Below, piece by piece: positions 18,144 through 28,886 of a DNA stretch of 32,000 nucleotides. The DNA is from Opitutales bacterium. Lineage in GTDB: Bacteria; Verrucomicrobiota; Verrucomicrobiia; Opitutales; Coraliomargaritaceae. Below the pieces are notes generated by a model that was not told the DNA's origin, did not search any database, and worked only from the letters and a program-made list of their open reading frames with translations. The stretch lies in contig JBMYVL010000002.1 of assembly GCA_049606355.1 (NCBI GenBank), positions 90,001 to 122,000 of the forward strand, read 5' to 3'. Every line of letters starts with the position of its first letter. Position 1 is the first letter of the stretch. Both the position numbers and the translations under genes were made by a program.

Positions 18144-19857
18144 AGCGAAGCCATCAATTTCACGTGTGATTTGGAATTGGGTCGGGTTGCCCATGGCAAT
18201 CATCATCGTGTTGCTCACCGCTTGGCTGTGTGTGGACGGCACGCTACATTGGGGTCTTTATCTTTCAATTGGTTTAATCGGTATTGTGGTACCAGTGGTT
18301 GCCTCTAAGTACTTGGCCGACCACATCGTTACTAATTTAGAGCGTTTGCAAGCGAGCCTGTCTCTAAATGCCAAAGACATACAAGACGCTGCGCAGTTAG
18401 ACTATGACTACATTGAGTTCGAACAAGTCAGTTCAATGATCCTACGCATCCAGAGGGAGACTGCTGATACGCAGCGCCGATGGACTATTGCAGAGAAACA
18501 ACTGAATACTGCTAATGGCGATTTGATCGAGCGTGCGCATGAATTGAAGCAGGGCCGTAAAATCGCACTCAGTATGATGGAAGATGCTGAAAAAGCGCGG
18601 GCCGATCTCGAAGTCGTCAATGCGCGACTCAAACAGGTGATCGAGCACGCACGACAAAGTGCCCACGATGCAAACGCTGCCAATCAGGCAAAGAGTGAAT
18701 TCATGGCAACGATGAGTCATGAAATACGCACACCGCTGAATGGCGTTATTGGCTTTATCGACATGCTGGCGGAAACCTCCCTCGATGCGGAGCAGCAGGA
18801 TTTTGTCGACACGCTTCGTATCAGCAGCGAAGCCCTGTTAGCTTTGATTAGCGATATATTGGATTTCTCAAAAATCGAGTCGGGTCGGCTCGATTTGGAC
18901 CTGCATGCATTCAACATATCCGACATGTTAAATGAGACGCTGGGTCTTTTTACCAAGGAAGCCGAGGCAAAGGGAATTGAATTGTCCCAGCAGCGCATTG
19001 GAGAGCTACCCGCGGTAGTCATCGGCGATGAAACTCGATTGCGACAAATCTTAATCAACCTCTTGGGCAACGCGATTAAGTTTACCGAAAAGGGTGCAGT
19101 TGTTTTACGCGTGTCCGCTCAAACTAGCGCAACGAATCCACAGCAGCATCGGTTCGGATTCGAAATCGAAGACACAGGGGTTGGAATACCGACAGAGGCG
19201 CTGGAGCGTATTTTTGAACCTTTCTCGCAGGCAGACTCGTCTACCACACGCCGCTTCGGAGGTACGGGTCTCGGCCTCACGATTTGTCGACGTTTGGTGC
19301 AGGCAATGGATGGCCAATTGACGGTGAATAGCCGCATGGGCGAGGGGTCGAACTTCTTTTTTGATATTGAATTAAAGTCGTCGCATCAATCAACCGTGGC
19401 TACGCTCGGTGAAGTGCCTAACGATACGATGCCTCAAGATCCTTTCAGTGAGGATGCTCAGCACCATAAGCAACTGAACCTCAATGTGATTGTAGCGGAG
19501 GACAATTTGGCGAATCAGCACCTGCTACGCTACATGCTCGAACGGCTCGGTTGCACACCTCACTTTTGCGTCAATGGTCAGCAGCTTCTGGAGCACCTAT
19601 CGGTACAATCATGTGACCTCATCTTGATGGACTTGCAGATGCCAGTCATGGATGGGTTTAAAGCGACAAAAGCGATTCGTAGCGGTGCAGCCGGTGATGA
19701 GGGGAAGGCGGCCAAGATTATTGCACTCACCGCAAATGCCTTGGCAGGCGACAAGGAGCGCTGCCTTGAGGTGGGTATGGATGCATATTTAACGAAGCCG
19801 ATCAAGTTGGCTGTGCTGGAAAAGTGTCTGCTCGGTTTATTTGCGGTTGAAAGCTAG
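18127..19857 (+). CDS. Hybrid sensor histidine kinase / response regulator (2 TM, coiled coil, HisKA, HATPase_c, REC)
   Basis: H-box [20 protein letters not shown]-box [12 protein letters not shown] and the G-boxes DTGVGIP / [11 protein letters not shown] are present. The receiver domain is [14 protein letters not shown]...[14 protein letters not shown]...ALTANA...YLTKP. The start is GTG 18127 or ATG 18136. Confidence 0.9.
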   Translation: MLGMLRAKPSISRVIWNWVGLPMAIIIVLLTAWLCVDGTLHWGLYLSIGLIGIVVPVVASKYLADHIVTNLERLQASLSLNAKDIQDAAQLDYDYIEFEQVSSMILRIQRETADTQRRWTIAEKQLNTANGDLIERAHELKQGRKIALSMMEDAEKARADLEVVNARLKQVIEHARQSAHDANAANQAKSEFMATMSHEIRTPLNGVIGFIDMLAETSLDAEQQDFVDTLRISSEALLALISDILDFSKIESGRLDLDLHAFNISDMLNETLGLFTKEAEAKGIELSQQRIGELPAVVIGDETRLRQILINLLGNAIKFTEKGAVVLRVSAQTSATNPQQHRFGFEIEDTGVGIPTEALERIFEPFSQADSSTTRRFGGTGLGLTICRRLVQAMDGQLTVNSRMGEGSNFFFDIELKSSHQSTVATLGEVPNDTMPQDPFSEDAQHHKQLNLNVIVAEDNLANQHLLRYMLERLGCTPHFCVNGQQLLEHLSVQSCDLILMDLQMPVMDGFKATKAIRSGAAGDEGKAAKIIALTANALAGDKERCLEVGMDAYLTKPIKLAVLEKCLLGLFAVES

Positions 19858-19991
19858 CGCTGCGACACGCGCAGTCAGCGCTCGGCACGCAGGGACCGTT
19901 CGTCGTTACGTGTTGCGTATTTTCCAGAAAAGCGGCTCGACAAAGACGGCAAGCTGGAAAGCCTCAAAGCCACTCTTATATCAATCGAGCT

Positions 19992-21032
19992 ATGCAAGAA
20001 CAGCTAAATGCAATCATCGCGAGTGTGCGCGACCAAGCGCCTAAGATTAACACGCGCGCAGATTTTGAATCCTTTAAGGCGACGATTTCCGGACCGAAGG
20101 GCTCGTTGACGAGTGTGATGAAATTGATGGGGCAAGTGCCCAAAGAAGACAAGCCGGCGATGGGTAAGTGTATTAACGAAGCCAAGACTGTCATTGTTGC
20201 AGAATTGGATGCGGTCCTTGAACGCATTGAGCAAGCCGAGCTTGCCGCGAAGTTAGGCCCCGCGATTGATCCGAGCCTGCCGGGTGTGGATCCGAATCGT
20301 GGCATCCTACACCCCATTGCACAAGTTCGGGAAGAAATGGTCCACCTGTTTCAACGCATAGGCTTTTCGGTTGCCGAAGCTACTGAAGTCGATACGGAGC
20401 ATTTTTGCTTCGATGCACTCAATATTCCTGCGGATCATCCTGCGCGCGACATGCAGGATTCCTACTACCTGCCGCACGAACGATCGGTCGGTAATGTGCA
20501 AAAAAACGCGGACGAAAAATACCTACTCCGCACACATACCTCGACGGTACAGATTCGCACGATGCTCAAAGAAAAACCCCCGATTCGTATTATTGCGCCT
20601 GGTCGTTGTTTTCGGCGCGATACACCGGATGCGACTCACAGTGCTAATTTTCATCAGATTGAAGGCTTGTACGTTGATAGGGATGTCAGCCTCTTGGATC
20701 TAAAAGCTACCCTCGATCATTTCGTTAAAACCATCTTTGGACCCAAGGCAAAGACCCGCTTGCGCCCTAGTTTTTTCCCGTTTACCGAACCCAGCTTCGA
20801 GATGGACTTCTATTCACCCGATCTCGGGAAATTGAGCAACAAGTGGCTCGAAATCATGGGGTGTGGTATGGTGGATCCAGAAGTTTTTAAGTCGGTCGGC
20901 ATCGACCCTAAGGCCTACACTGGATTCGCTTTCGGTATGGGGATTGAGCGTATCGCAATGATCCTCCAAGGGGTTGATGATATCCGCTATTACTATCAAA
21001 ACGATGTCCGCTTCCTCAAGCAGTTCGCTTAA
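19992..21032 (+). CDS. pheS: Phenylalanine--tRNA ligase alpha subunit
   Basis: 346 aa. Class II motifs are present: HPARDMQDSYY, FRRDTPDATHSANFHQIEG and GFAFGMGIERIAM. Confidence 0.93.
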   Translation: MQEQLNAIIASVRDQAPKINTRADFESFKATISGPKGSLTSVMKLMGQVPKEDKPAMGKCINEAKTVIVAELDAVLERIEQAELAAKLGPAIDPSLPGVDPNRGILHPIAQVREEMVHLFQRIGFSVAEATEVDTEHFCFDALNIPADHPARDMQDSYYLPHERSVGNVQKNADEKYLLRTHTSTVQIRTMLKEKPPIRIIAPGRCFRRDTPDATHSANFHQIEGLYVDRDVSLLDLKATLDHFVKTIFGPKAKTRLRPSFFPFTEPSFEMDFYSPDLGKLSNKWLEIMGCGMVDPEVFKSVGIDPKAYTGFAFGMGIERIAMILQGVDDIRYYYQNDVRFLKQFA

Positions 21033-21132
21033 CCTTTAATCAACGACACAAAAACCGTATACGCCCCATAGTAATGCATCGTAGTTATCCTGCGGCTTCG
21101 CTGCTTCGTGAGCTTAAAGATAGAGTCTCGTA

Positions 21133-23592
21133 ATGAAAATTTCTTACAATTGGCTAAAAAAATACATTGATCTCGATCCAGTCGAGCACGCGCCTGAGGT
21201 GCTGGCCGAAGTGCTGCCGTTGCTGGGTTTTGACATTGAGGAATATGAAACGCTGGGGCCACCTCAGCTTGAAAATGTCGTGGTGGGTCAGGTCCTCGAA
21301 TTCGATCAACACCCAGATGCGGACCGTTTGCGTTGTTGCCTGGTTACGACAGGACAAGATGGTGATCCGCACAAGATCGTTTGCGGCGCGAAAAATTTCA
21401 ATGCAGGCGATAAGGTGATGGTTGCCCTGCCTGGTGCGGTGCTGCCCGGTGACTTTAAAATCAAGAAGTCTAAACTTCGTGGCCAGCCTTCAGAGGGTAT
21501 GATGTGTTCCGCTAAGGAGCTGGAAGTCGGTCAGGACCATGACGGCATTATGGTTCTCGATCCAGATGTTGAATTGGGTACACCGATTAACGATCTTTAT
21601 CAGGATGGCGATACGGTCTTTGATCTAGAGATCACCCCTAATCGTATCGATGTGCTCAGCCATATTGGCGTAGCTCGCGAACTGTCTGCGCGCTTCTCAT
21701 TGCCGGTTCTCTATCCTGAAGTTAAGGCCAGTACAGAAAATGCCGCTTCCGGCAGTCCGTTGATCTCGAGGGTTGACGTGCGCGCCACCGAAGTGTGCCC
21801 GCACTATACGGCGATTTGTATTAAAGGCGTGACCGTTGGCCCAAGTCCTAAATGGCTTAAGGATGCAATCGAAGCAACTGGGCAACGCTCCATTAATAAC
21901 GTAGTCGATGCAACCAACTACGTGCTTCATGAGACGTGCCAGCCGCTGCATGCTTTTGATGCTGCCAAGATAAAGGGTGGGGAACTGATCGTTCGTGCTG
22001 CAGTTGAAGGCGAGACGATTACTACTTTAGACGAGGTCCAGCGTTCCTTGACGAGCGATATGCTTGTGATTGCCGATGCGGAGCGACCGCTCGTGATTGC
22101 CGGCGTTATGGGATCCGTGGATGCAGAAGTCGAAGCCAATACGACAGATGTTATTCTGGAGTCTGCTTATTTCGATGCGGCTTCTATTCGCGCCACTTCG
22201 CGCAGGCTTGGCCTTTCTTCAGATAGTTCTTATCGCTTCGAGCGTGGGGTGGACCCGAAGGGTATTACCTACGCGTCTTTGCGCGCTGTTGATCTAATTC
22301 TCGAAGTTGCCGGCGGTTCGGTAGACGGCAACATGATTGAGTCAGGGCGCGCTCCAGAGACGATTGCCGAAATTACCCTACGCCCGGATCACGTGCGCAA
22401 ATTCATCGGCTTTGTCGTGGATGACGATCAAATTCAAGCGGTACTCGAATCCCTCGATCTGTCGGTTTCCGTGCATGATGACGCCGATGGGGCAAAGCGT
22501 TGGGTCGTGTCCATTCCTTCCTACCGGGGTGACCTCGTGCGGGATGTAGATCTCATTGAAGAGTTCATCCGCGTTTACGGCACGGATCAAATCCCAGAAT
22601 CTGAAGTCGTCGCACGCGGGATTCGGCACAACGATCATCGTATTTACACAGTCAATACAGCGGTCGCGGATTACCTAACCGGCCAGAACTTTGATGAGGC
22701 GTACGTGTATACATTGCGGGATCCCGATGAAGTGAAGTTTTTCTTCGGCGAAGAGAGCCACAAATGTCTCGCTTTGGATAATCCATTGCAAAGTGACCAG
22801 AGTCATTTACGGCCATCGTTGATTCCCGGCTTGATTGATGTACTTAAACTCAATGCTGCCCGTGGCACGACTGGCACTCGCTTTTTCGAGCGTGGTCGCG
22901 TCTTCCGTGAAGTGCAGGGCGAAATGCTTGAGTTGGTCTCTTTTGGTTTTGTGATTGCTGGGGAGTCGGCCCGTCGTGAATGGCAACCACGGGAATCTGC
23001 TGATTTTTACACGACCCGTACCTTGTGCGAAAATATTCTCGAGATTGCAGGGCAAGCCTCAAATAAGCTCTCCTTCCAGCCAATTGAGAACTGCAATCTC
23101 TGGCAAGCCGGTCATGCGGCTTATGCGGGAGACTTCAAGCGCATGGGCTATGAGATCACCTGCGGATTGATTGATATAGCAACCCTCAAGCAGCGGTGGG
23201 ACCTAGCCACGCCGGTACTGGCGGGTTCCATCCTGATGACACCAAAGTTCTTCGAGCGGAAAGCAAAGCGAGGTCGACATAAAGCCATTAGTAATCAACC
23301 CGCATCCGGCAAAGATCTCGCGCTCATGGTTGATGAATCTGTATTGGCCAGCCAAGTGCAGCATGACATTGCTAAATTTGCCAAGAAGGCGACCCATGGA
23401 TTTGACTGCGAGAGCGTACGTATCTTCGATGTTTACCAAGGCGAGGGTTTACCTGAAGGGCAGAAGAGCTTAGCCCTCAATCTGCAGTTTCGTGCGCCCG
23501 ATCGTACACTTAAGGATAAAGAAGTGAATGCTGCGTTTGATGCTATCCAAAAACTCATCGCAGAGAAAACCAACTATACGATCCGTAAATAG
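21133..23592 (+). CDS. pheT: Phenylalanine--tRNA ligase beta subunit
   Basis: 819 aa. It starts MKISYNWLKKYIDL and has the tRNA-binding domain VVGQVLEFDQHPDADRLRCC...GAKNF, B3/4 and B5 regions, and a C-terminal FDX-ACB-like end (IFDVYQGEGLPEGQKSLAL). Confidence 0.93.
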   Translation: MKISYNWLKKYIDLDPVEHAPEVLAEVLPLLGFDIEEYETLGPPQLENVVVGQVLEFDQHPDADRLRCCLVTTGQDGDPHKIVCGAKNFNAGDKVMVALPGAVLPGDFKIKKSKLRGQPSEGMMCSAKELEVGQDHDGIMVLDPDVELGTPINDLYQDGDTVFDLEITPNRIDVLSHIGVARELSARFSLPVLYPEVKASTENAASGSPLISRVDVRATEVCPHYTAICIKGVTVGPSPKWLKDAIEATGQRSINNVVDATNYVLHETCQPLHAFDAAKIKGGELIVRAAVEGETITTLDEVQRSLTSDMLVIADAERPLVIAGVMGSVDAEVEANTTDVILESAYFDAASIRATSRRLGLSSDSSYRFERGVDPKGITYASLRAVDLILEVAGGSVDGNMIESGRAPETIAEITLRPDHVRKFIGFVVDDDQIQAVLESLDLSVSVHDDADGAKRWVVSIPSYRGDLVRDVDLIEEFIRVYGTDQIPESEVVARGIRHNDHRIYTVNTAVADYLTGQNFDEAYVYTLRDPDEVKFFFGEESHKCLALDNPLQSDQSHLRPSLIPGLIDVLKLNAARGTTGTRFFERGRVFREVQGEMLELVSFGFVIAGESARREWQPRESADFYTTRTLCENILEIAGQASNKLSFQPIENCNLWQAGHAAYAGDFKRMGYEITCGLIDIATLKQRWDLATPVLAGSILMTPKFFERKAKRGRHKAISNQPASGKDLALMVDESVLASQVQHDIAKFAKKATHGFDCESVRIFDVYQGEGLPEGQKSLALNLQFRAPDRTLKDKEVNAAFDAIQKLIAEKTNYTIRK

Positions 23593-23636
23593 CCTCATCA
23601 GAGCCGACGACGATGGGCCAAGGCCTTTGATTAATT

Positions 23637-23930
23637 ATGAGCCAACCACCACACATTGATATTGATTATGTCGCCAATCTGGCACGGATTGAACTCTCCG
23701 ATGCGGAGAAGGCTCGGTTGGGCTCTCAATTGGACGACATCCTTGGCTACTTCGAGAAATTGAATGCAGTCAATGTGGAGGGCATTGAGCCTATGGCGCA
23801 CACGCAAAAGGTACACAACGTTTGGCGCGAGGGTGATGCTGCTGGGCAGACCTATTCCGCTGCGGTCCTTCGGGACATGGCACCAGAGCAGCGCGACAAT
23901 CAAGTCGTTGTCCCTAAGGTTGTTGAGTAA
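23637..23930 (+). CDS. gatC: Asp/Glu-tRNA(Asn/Gln) amidotransferase subunit C
   Basis: 97 aa. IDYVANLARIELSDAEKARLGSQLDDILGYFEKLNAVNVEGIEP matches GatC. It is followed by gatA and gatB. Confidence 0.9.
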   Translation: MSQPPHIDIDYVANLARIELSDAEKARLGSQLDDILGYFEKLNAVNVEGIEPMAHTQKVHNVWREGDAAGQTYSAAVLRDMAPEQRDNQVVVPKVVE

Positions 23931-23971
23931 GCAATCCTAGCGAATTAAGTGAAACTTTATACTGTTACCTT

Positions 23972-25438
23972 ATGTCTGCGCTCCATTTTAAAACGATTGC
24001 TGAACTCGCTGCCGCATTGAAGGCTGGCGAAACGACTTCGGTAGAAATCACTCAATCCGTGTTGCAACGTATTGATGCCGTGGATACGCGAGTAGGAGCG
24101 TTTCTCGGGTATGATGCAGACGATGCATTGAGGCAGGCGAAAGCATCCGATGCGCGTCGCGCCCAAGGTAAGGCTCTTGGGCCACTCGAGGGTATACCAA
24201 TTGCGATCAAGGATACCTTAGCCGTTAAGGATCAGCCATTGCGCTGCGCATCGAAGATGCTCGAATCCTACGTTTCGCCCTTTGACGCGACCTGCGTCCG
24301 GCAACTTCGCGATGCTGGTGCCGTCATCTTTGGGCGTTTAAACATGGATGAATTTGCCATGGGTTCCTCCACGGAAAACTCCGCTTACCAAACCACAGCG
24401 AATCCTTGGGACCTAGAAACCATCCCTGGGGGTTCTTCGGGGGGCAGTGCGGCCGCAATGGCAGCAGGGGAGGCAATCGCCACTTTGGGGACGGACACAG
24501 GAGGCTCGATCCGCCAGCCCGCAGCACTTTGTGGTGTGGTCGGCATGAAGCCGACTTACGGCTTAATTTCTCGGTATGGTCTGGTTGCGTTTGCCTCTTC
24601 GCTGGATCAGGTCGGTCCATTCGCACGCACCGTAGAAGATGCCGCAATTTTAATGGAGGCCATGCTTGGTAAGGACGCGCTCGATTCGACTTCGATCGCA
24701 CCGCAAGGTGATACCAATTACGTACAGGCTTTGCAAACGAAGCAAGGTCCATGGAAACTTGGAGTGCCGCGTGAATTCTTTGCCGAGGGTATCGACCCTG
24801 AGGTCAAAGAATCGATTGAAACGGCGATTGACTGGTACCGTAATCACGGCTGCGAGATTGTTGATATTTCCCTGCCGCATTCTGATTTGGCAGTACCGGT
24901 TTATTACATTGTCGCTACGGCAGAAGCGTCCTCCAATTTAGCCCGCTTTGATGGCGTGCGCTATGGCCACCGTAGTGAAGAAGCTAAAGATGCGCTTTCC
25001 TTATTCACTAAAAGCCGCGGCGAAGGCTTTGGTGAAGAAGTGAAGCGCCGAATCATCTTAGGTACCTACGTACTCAGTTCCGGCTATTACGACGCCTATT
25101 ACCTGCGAGCACAAAAGGTGCGCACTCTGATACGCAATGACTTTGAACAAGCGTTCGAGAAGGTGGACGCCATCTTAACGCCAACCTCGCCGACTCCTGC
25201 ATTCAAGCGTGGTGAACGCAGCGATGATCCGCTCGCGATGTACTTGAGCGATATCTATACAATCTCCGTCAACCTCGCTGGGCTTCCTGCACTATCAGTA
25301 CCCTGCGGCTTCACTGGAAGTGGCTTGCCGATCGGTTTGCAAGTCATCGCACCGGCTTTTGGCGAGGCCGATATGTTTGCCGTGGCGCATGCATTTGAAC
25401 AAGCCCACGACTACCATCTTCAAACCCCCGCACTTTAA
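23972..25438 (+). CDS. gatA: Asp/Glu-tRNA(Asn/Gln) amidotransferase subunit A
   Basis: 488 aa. The amidase signature GGSSGGSAAAMAAGEAIATLGTDTGGSIRQPAALCGVVGMKPTYG is present. Confidence 0.93.
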   Translation: MSALHFKTIAELAAALKAGETTSVEITQSVLQRIDAVDTRVGAFLGYDADDALRQAKASDARRAQGKALGPLEGIPIAIKDTLAVKDQPLRCASKMLESYVSPFDATCVRQLRDAGAVIFGRLNMDEFAMGSSTENSAYQTTANPWDLETIPGGSSGGSAAAMAAGEAIATLGTDTGGSIRQPAALCGVVGMKPTYGLISRYGLVAFASSLDQVGPFARTVEDAAILMEAMLGKDALDSTSIAPQGDTNYVQALQTKQGPWKLGVPREFFAEGIDPEVKESIETAIDWYRNHGCEIVDISLPHSDLAVPVYYIVATAEASSNLARFDGVRYGHRSEEAKDALSLFTKSRGEGFGEEVKRRIILGTYVLSSGYYDAYYLRAQKVRTLIRNDFEQAFEKVDAILTPTSPTPAFKRGERSDDPLAMYLSDIYTISVNLAGLPALSVPCGFTGSGLPIGLQVIAPAFGEADMFAVAHAFEQAHDYHLQTPAL

Positions 25439-25483
25439 ACGATACGACGCCAAAGTGTGAGTTCTTTTTGATTTTTTACCATC

Positions 25484-26950
25484 ATGTCTTACGAAGCTGT
25501 CATCGGACTTGAAGTACACGTACAAATTAAGACGCGTACAAAAATGTTCACTGCTGCACCGTACCACTATGGAGCGGAGCCGAATACGCTGACCGATGCC
25601 GTGGTACTGGGCTTGCCGGGCACCTTACCGGTACTCAATCACACTGCGATTGAGAAGTGCGCTAAGTTGGGCCGTATGTTACACTGCGAAATTGCTGAAC
25701 AGTGCAAGTGGGACCGGAAGAACTATTTCTACCCGGATTCCCCTAAAAATTACCAATTGACGCAAAACGAGCAACCGCTGTGCATCGGCGGAAAGGTTGA
25801 GATTGAATTACCTGGACCTTCGCGAAATATTGAAGGGGCGCATCGCTGGGTAGCGCTCAACCGAATTCACCTCGAAGAAGATCCGGGTAAATTGACGCAC
25901 GAAGCCTTTGATACGGTGATCGATTTTAACCGAGCGGGAGTGCCTCTGGCTGAAATTGTCACTGAACCGGATCTATTCAGCTCAACCGAAGCCGTCGCCT
26001 TCCTGAATGCGCTGCGCAACCTCATTATCTATGCAGGTATTTCCGACTGCGATATGGAGAAAGGGCAGCTGCGCTGTGATGCAAACGTATCCTTGCGCCC
26101 CACTGGCACGGACGACCTCGGGACTCGTACCGAGATGAAAAACCTCAATTCGATTTCAAACGTCAAAGCTGCGATTGACTATGAAATCGCCCGGCAGGCA
26201 GAAATTCTGGATGAGGGTGGGGCGGTCGTCCAAGAAACGCGCCGATGGGATGTTGAAAGCGGCAGTAGCTTTTCCCTGCGCAGTAAAGAAGAGGCGCATG
26301 ATTACCGTTATTTCCCAGACCCAGATCTAATGCCTGTGCAGATGGATCCTGCCCGTATTGCTGAACTCGATGCGGAGTTACCCGAGCGTCCGCTGGATAA
26401 ACAGCGCCGCTATCAGGAAGCCTTGGACTTGCCGTATACCATCACCTCGGTGCTATGCCCAAATCCTGAGCTTAGTGACTTCTTTGAGGCTGCTTTGGCG
26501 GTTTACCCCGCACCCAAAGCGATTGCCAACTATATTGCCAATGACTTACTGCGCGAACTCGCGGATGCTTCAGAGCACGGTGCCTCCGCGCTCAGCGTCA
26601 ACGATTGCAAACTCACACCTGTGCACCTCGCCACGCTCGCTAAAATCATTGATACGGGTGTGATCTCGAAACAGATCGGCAAAGAAGTCTTTACCGAAAT
26701 GTTTGCTACCGGAGAAATGCCCGATGCCATTGTGGAGGCCAAAGGCTTAGAGCAAAGTAGTGATAGTGGCGAGATTGAAGCATTATGCCGCGAGGCGATT
26801 GCCGGCAATGCGAAAGCGGTCAACCAATACAAAGAGGGGAATGGCAAGGCACTCAATGCACTGAAGGGTCCCGTTATGAAGGCGACTAAAGGCAAGGCGA
26901 ATCCGGCACTGCTTGATGAATTGCTGAAACGCCTGATCGACGAAGCCTAG
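25484..26950 (+). CDS. gatB: Asp/Glu-tRNA(Asn/Gln) amidotransferase subunit B
   Basis: 488 aa. YEAVIGLEVHVQIKT, HLEEDPGK, RCDANVSLR and the C-terminal GatB/YqeY tail (NALKGPVMKATKGKANPALLDELL) are present. Confidence 0.93.
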   Translation: MSYEAVIGLEVHVQIKTRTKMFTAAPYHYGAEPNTLTDAVVLGLPGTLPVLNHTAIEKCAKLGRMLHCEIAEQCKWDRKNYFYPDSPKNYQLTQNEQPLCIGGKVEIELPGPSRNIEGAHRWVALNRIHLEEDPGKLTHEAFDTVIDFNRAGVPLAEIVTEPDLFSSTEAVAFLNALRNLIIYAGISDCDMEKGQLRCDANVSLRPTGTDDLGTRTEMKNLNSISNVKAAIDYEIARQAEILDEGGAVVQETRRWDVESGSSFSLRSKEEAHDYRYFPDPDLMPVQMDPARIAELDAELPERPLDKQRRYQEALDLPYTITSVLCPNPELSDFFEAALAVYPAPKAIANYIANDLLRELADASEHGASALSVNDCKLTPVHLATLAKIIDTGVISKQIGKEVFTEMFATGEMPDAIVEAKGLEQSSDSGEIEALCREAIAGNAKAVNQYKEGNGKALNALKGPVMKATKGKANPALLDELLKRLIDEA

Positions 26951-27154
26951 AGTATTCTCGTGGAGCACCGCTCCACTGACCATAATTGAGCTTGCCAGCG
27001 CCGTAGATTACTGTGTCGTCCCAAACTTTCATGAGTGACGGCACTCACCTGACGCGGTCTGTTATCGATGAGCGATTGTTTTAGGCATCCATTATAAAGG
27101 ATCATCGATAGCGTAGCGCCCGCTACTACGACTTAGACTTGGCGCGTACCGATT

Positions 27155-28492
27155 ATGAACGAACTCAACTTCGCACAGCTGCCGCTGTCCGCACCCCTGC
27201 AACGTGCCCTAAGTGAAAAGGGCTACACGGCACCATCACCGATTCAGGCGCAGGCGATACCGCTACTCCTTAAGGGTAGAGATTTACTCGCCTGTGCTCA
27301 AACTGGCACCGGCAAAACGGCAGCCTTTGCCTTGCCCTTGCTGCACCGTATAGCTGAACAGAATCGGCAGCCCTTTCGGCGTGGCGTGCGCCATCTCGTA
27401 CTCACACCGACCCGTGAATTGGCCGGCCAGGTAGCAGACAGTTTTAAAGTGTACGGCAAGTATATCGAATTCAGCACAGGGCTGGTCTATGGCGGAGTAT
27501 CCGAAAAGCCGCAGATTAAACAACTCTTCCAGGGGCTCGATGTTTTAGTGGCCTGCCCGGGGCGGCTGATTGACCTCATGGACCAAGGGCACGTTGACTT
27601 ATCTCAAGTGGAGACCTTCATTTTAGATGAGGCAGACCGCATGCTTGATATGGGGTTCATCCGCGACATACGTAAAATCGAAGGTAAGCTGCCTAAAAAA
27701 CGACAAACATTGCTGTTTTCGGCTACCATGGCTCCAGCCATCACCAAGCTCGGGCAGGCGATGCTACACAAGCCCGATGAGATTCGTATCGCGCCACAAG
27801 GTACCACCGCCGAGAAGGTCGAGCAACAAGTACGGTTTATTGGTAAAAATGCGAAGCAAAAGCTGGTCTTGGAGCTCCTCCATCGTCGCTACGACGCGAA
27901 CAATGGTGAGCTAAGCCTGATCTTCACCCGCACAAAACACGGTGCGAAGAACTTGGCGAAAAAGCTCAACCAAGAGGGCTTGAGTGCAGATTCGATCCAC
28001 GGCAATAAGTCACAGTCGGCACGCGAAAAGACCCTGGAGCGCTACCGTCGTGGCGAGATCGCTACCCTCGTCGCTACCGATGTCGCAGCGCGCGGAATCG
28101 ATGTCAAAAACATCACGCTCGTCGTTAATTTTGATTTACCGATGGAGCCCGATGCTTACGTGCACCGTATTGGCCGCACCGCGCGGGCAGGGAAGAGCGG
28201 GCAAGCCATCAGTTTCTGCTCGGAAGATGAGGTTGCACTGTTACGCCAAGTCGAGCGCTTAATCAAAAAATCGGTACCCGTCGAACGCGCGCATCCATAC
28301 CACCTCCAAGAAGTAGAGGATCTGCATCGCAGTAATCGCCCAGCAAAAAAGCCGGCGCAGGGAGGTGGGCAGCGTTCGCGGGGACGCAACAATCGCCCGA
28401 GCAAGGGCCGTGGCAAACCCTTTCGCGCAGCTCAGCGCACAGAGAGTAGCGGCAGGCGTAGTCCACGATCGCGCCGCAATCACCAGCGGTAA
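27155..28492 (+). CDS. rhlE: DEAD-box ATP-dependent RNA helicase (RhlE-like) with an Arg/Gly/Ser-rich C-terminal tail
   Basis: Q-motif GYTAPSPIQ, motif I AQTGTGKT, motif II ILDEADRMLDMGF, motif III SAT and motif VI HRIGRTARAG are present, followed by a basic low-complexity tail. Confidence 0.9.
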   Translation: MNELNFAQLPLSAPLQRALSEKGYTAPSPIQAQAIPLLLKGRDLLACAQTGTGKTAAFALPLLHRIAEQNRQPFRRGVRHLVLTPTRELAGQVADSFKVYGKYIEFSTGLVYGGVSEKPQIKQLFQGLDVLVACPGRLIDLMDQGHVDLSQVETFILDEADRMLDMGFIRDIRKIEGKLPKKRQTLLFSATMAPAITKLGQAMLHKPDEIRIAPQGTTAEKVEQQVRFIGKNAKQKLVLELLHRRYDANNGELSLIFTRTKHGAKNLAKKLNQEGLSADSIHGNKSQSAREKTLERYRRGEIATLVATDVAARGIDVKNITLVVNFDLPMEPDAYVHRIGRTARAGKSGQAISFCSEDEVALLRQVERLIKKSVPVERAHPYHLQEVEDLHRSNRPAKKPAQGGGQRSRGRNNRPSKGRGKPFRAAQRTESSGRRSPRSRRNHQR

Positions 28493-28682
28493 GCTCTAAT
28501 CGCTTTGAAGCCAGTTCGGTGCTTCCACAGCTGCGTGGATGGTTCGTTTCGATCTCGGCCCAAGATGCTCTTAGGGTATTCGTTGTTTCGATACCTTGCT
28601 GCGCATTGTATCGCCGCGGAGCGCACCGAAGGCACTCGCAGCTTGGTGGCGATGGACGCTACCCCAATACCCATCTAATTTC

Positions 28683-28817
<135 letters not shown>

Positions 28818-28818
28818 G

Positions 28819-28886
28819 TCGGGTGGTAAAATTGATGCCAATTGTTTGCTGTCGTCTCGGCGAGCGAGACTCGGTACACCACCCGA
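28819..28886. other. 68-nt inverted-repeat element predicted to form a three-helix (Y-shaped) structure between the two repeat copies
   Basis: The closing stem TCGGGTGGT (28819..28827) / ACCACCCGA (28878..28886) has 9 perfect bp. Inner hairpin 1 is AATTG-atgc-CAATT (28830..28843). Inner hairpin 2 is GTCTCG-gcgag-CGAGAC (28854..28870). One arm of the closing stem is the duplicated tRNA acceptor sequence. Folded by eye, with no energy calculation. Confidence 0.45.

Noticed and set aside
17325-19857. A single histidine kinase gene split by a frameshift (pseudogene)
   Set aside because: The downstream ORF has its own start codon and its own pair of TM helices, and forms a complete kinase architecture. 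The overlap looks like ordinary translational coupling.
19858-19991. A pheST leader, attenuator or T-box upstream of pheS
   Set aside because: I could identify no Phe-rich leader peptide, no T-box specifier/antiterminator pattern and no strong terminator hairpin. There is only a weak 5-bp stem near 19860.
26960-26976. An intrinsic terminator after gatB
   Set aside because: There is a 7-bp GC-rich stem with a 3-nt loop, but no following U-tract. I noted it as a hairpin in the findings and did not call it as a terminator.
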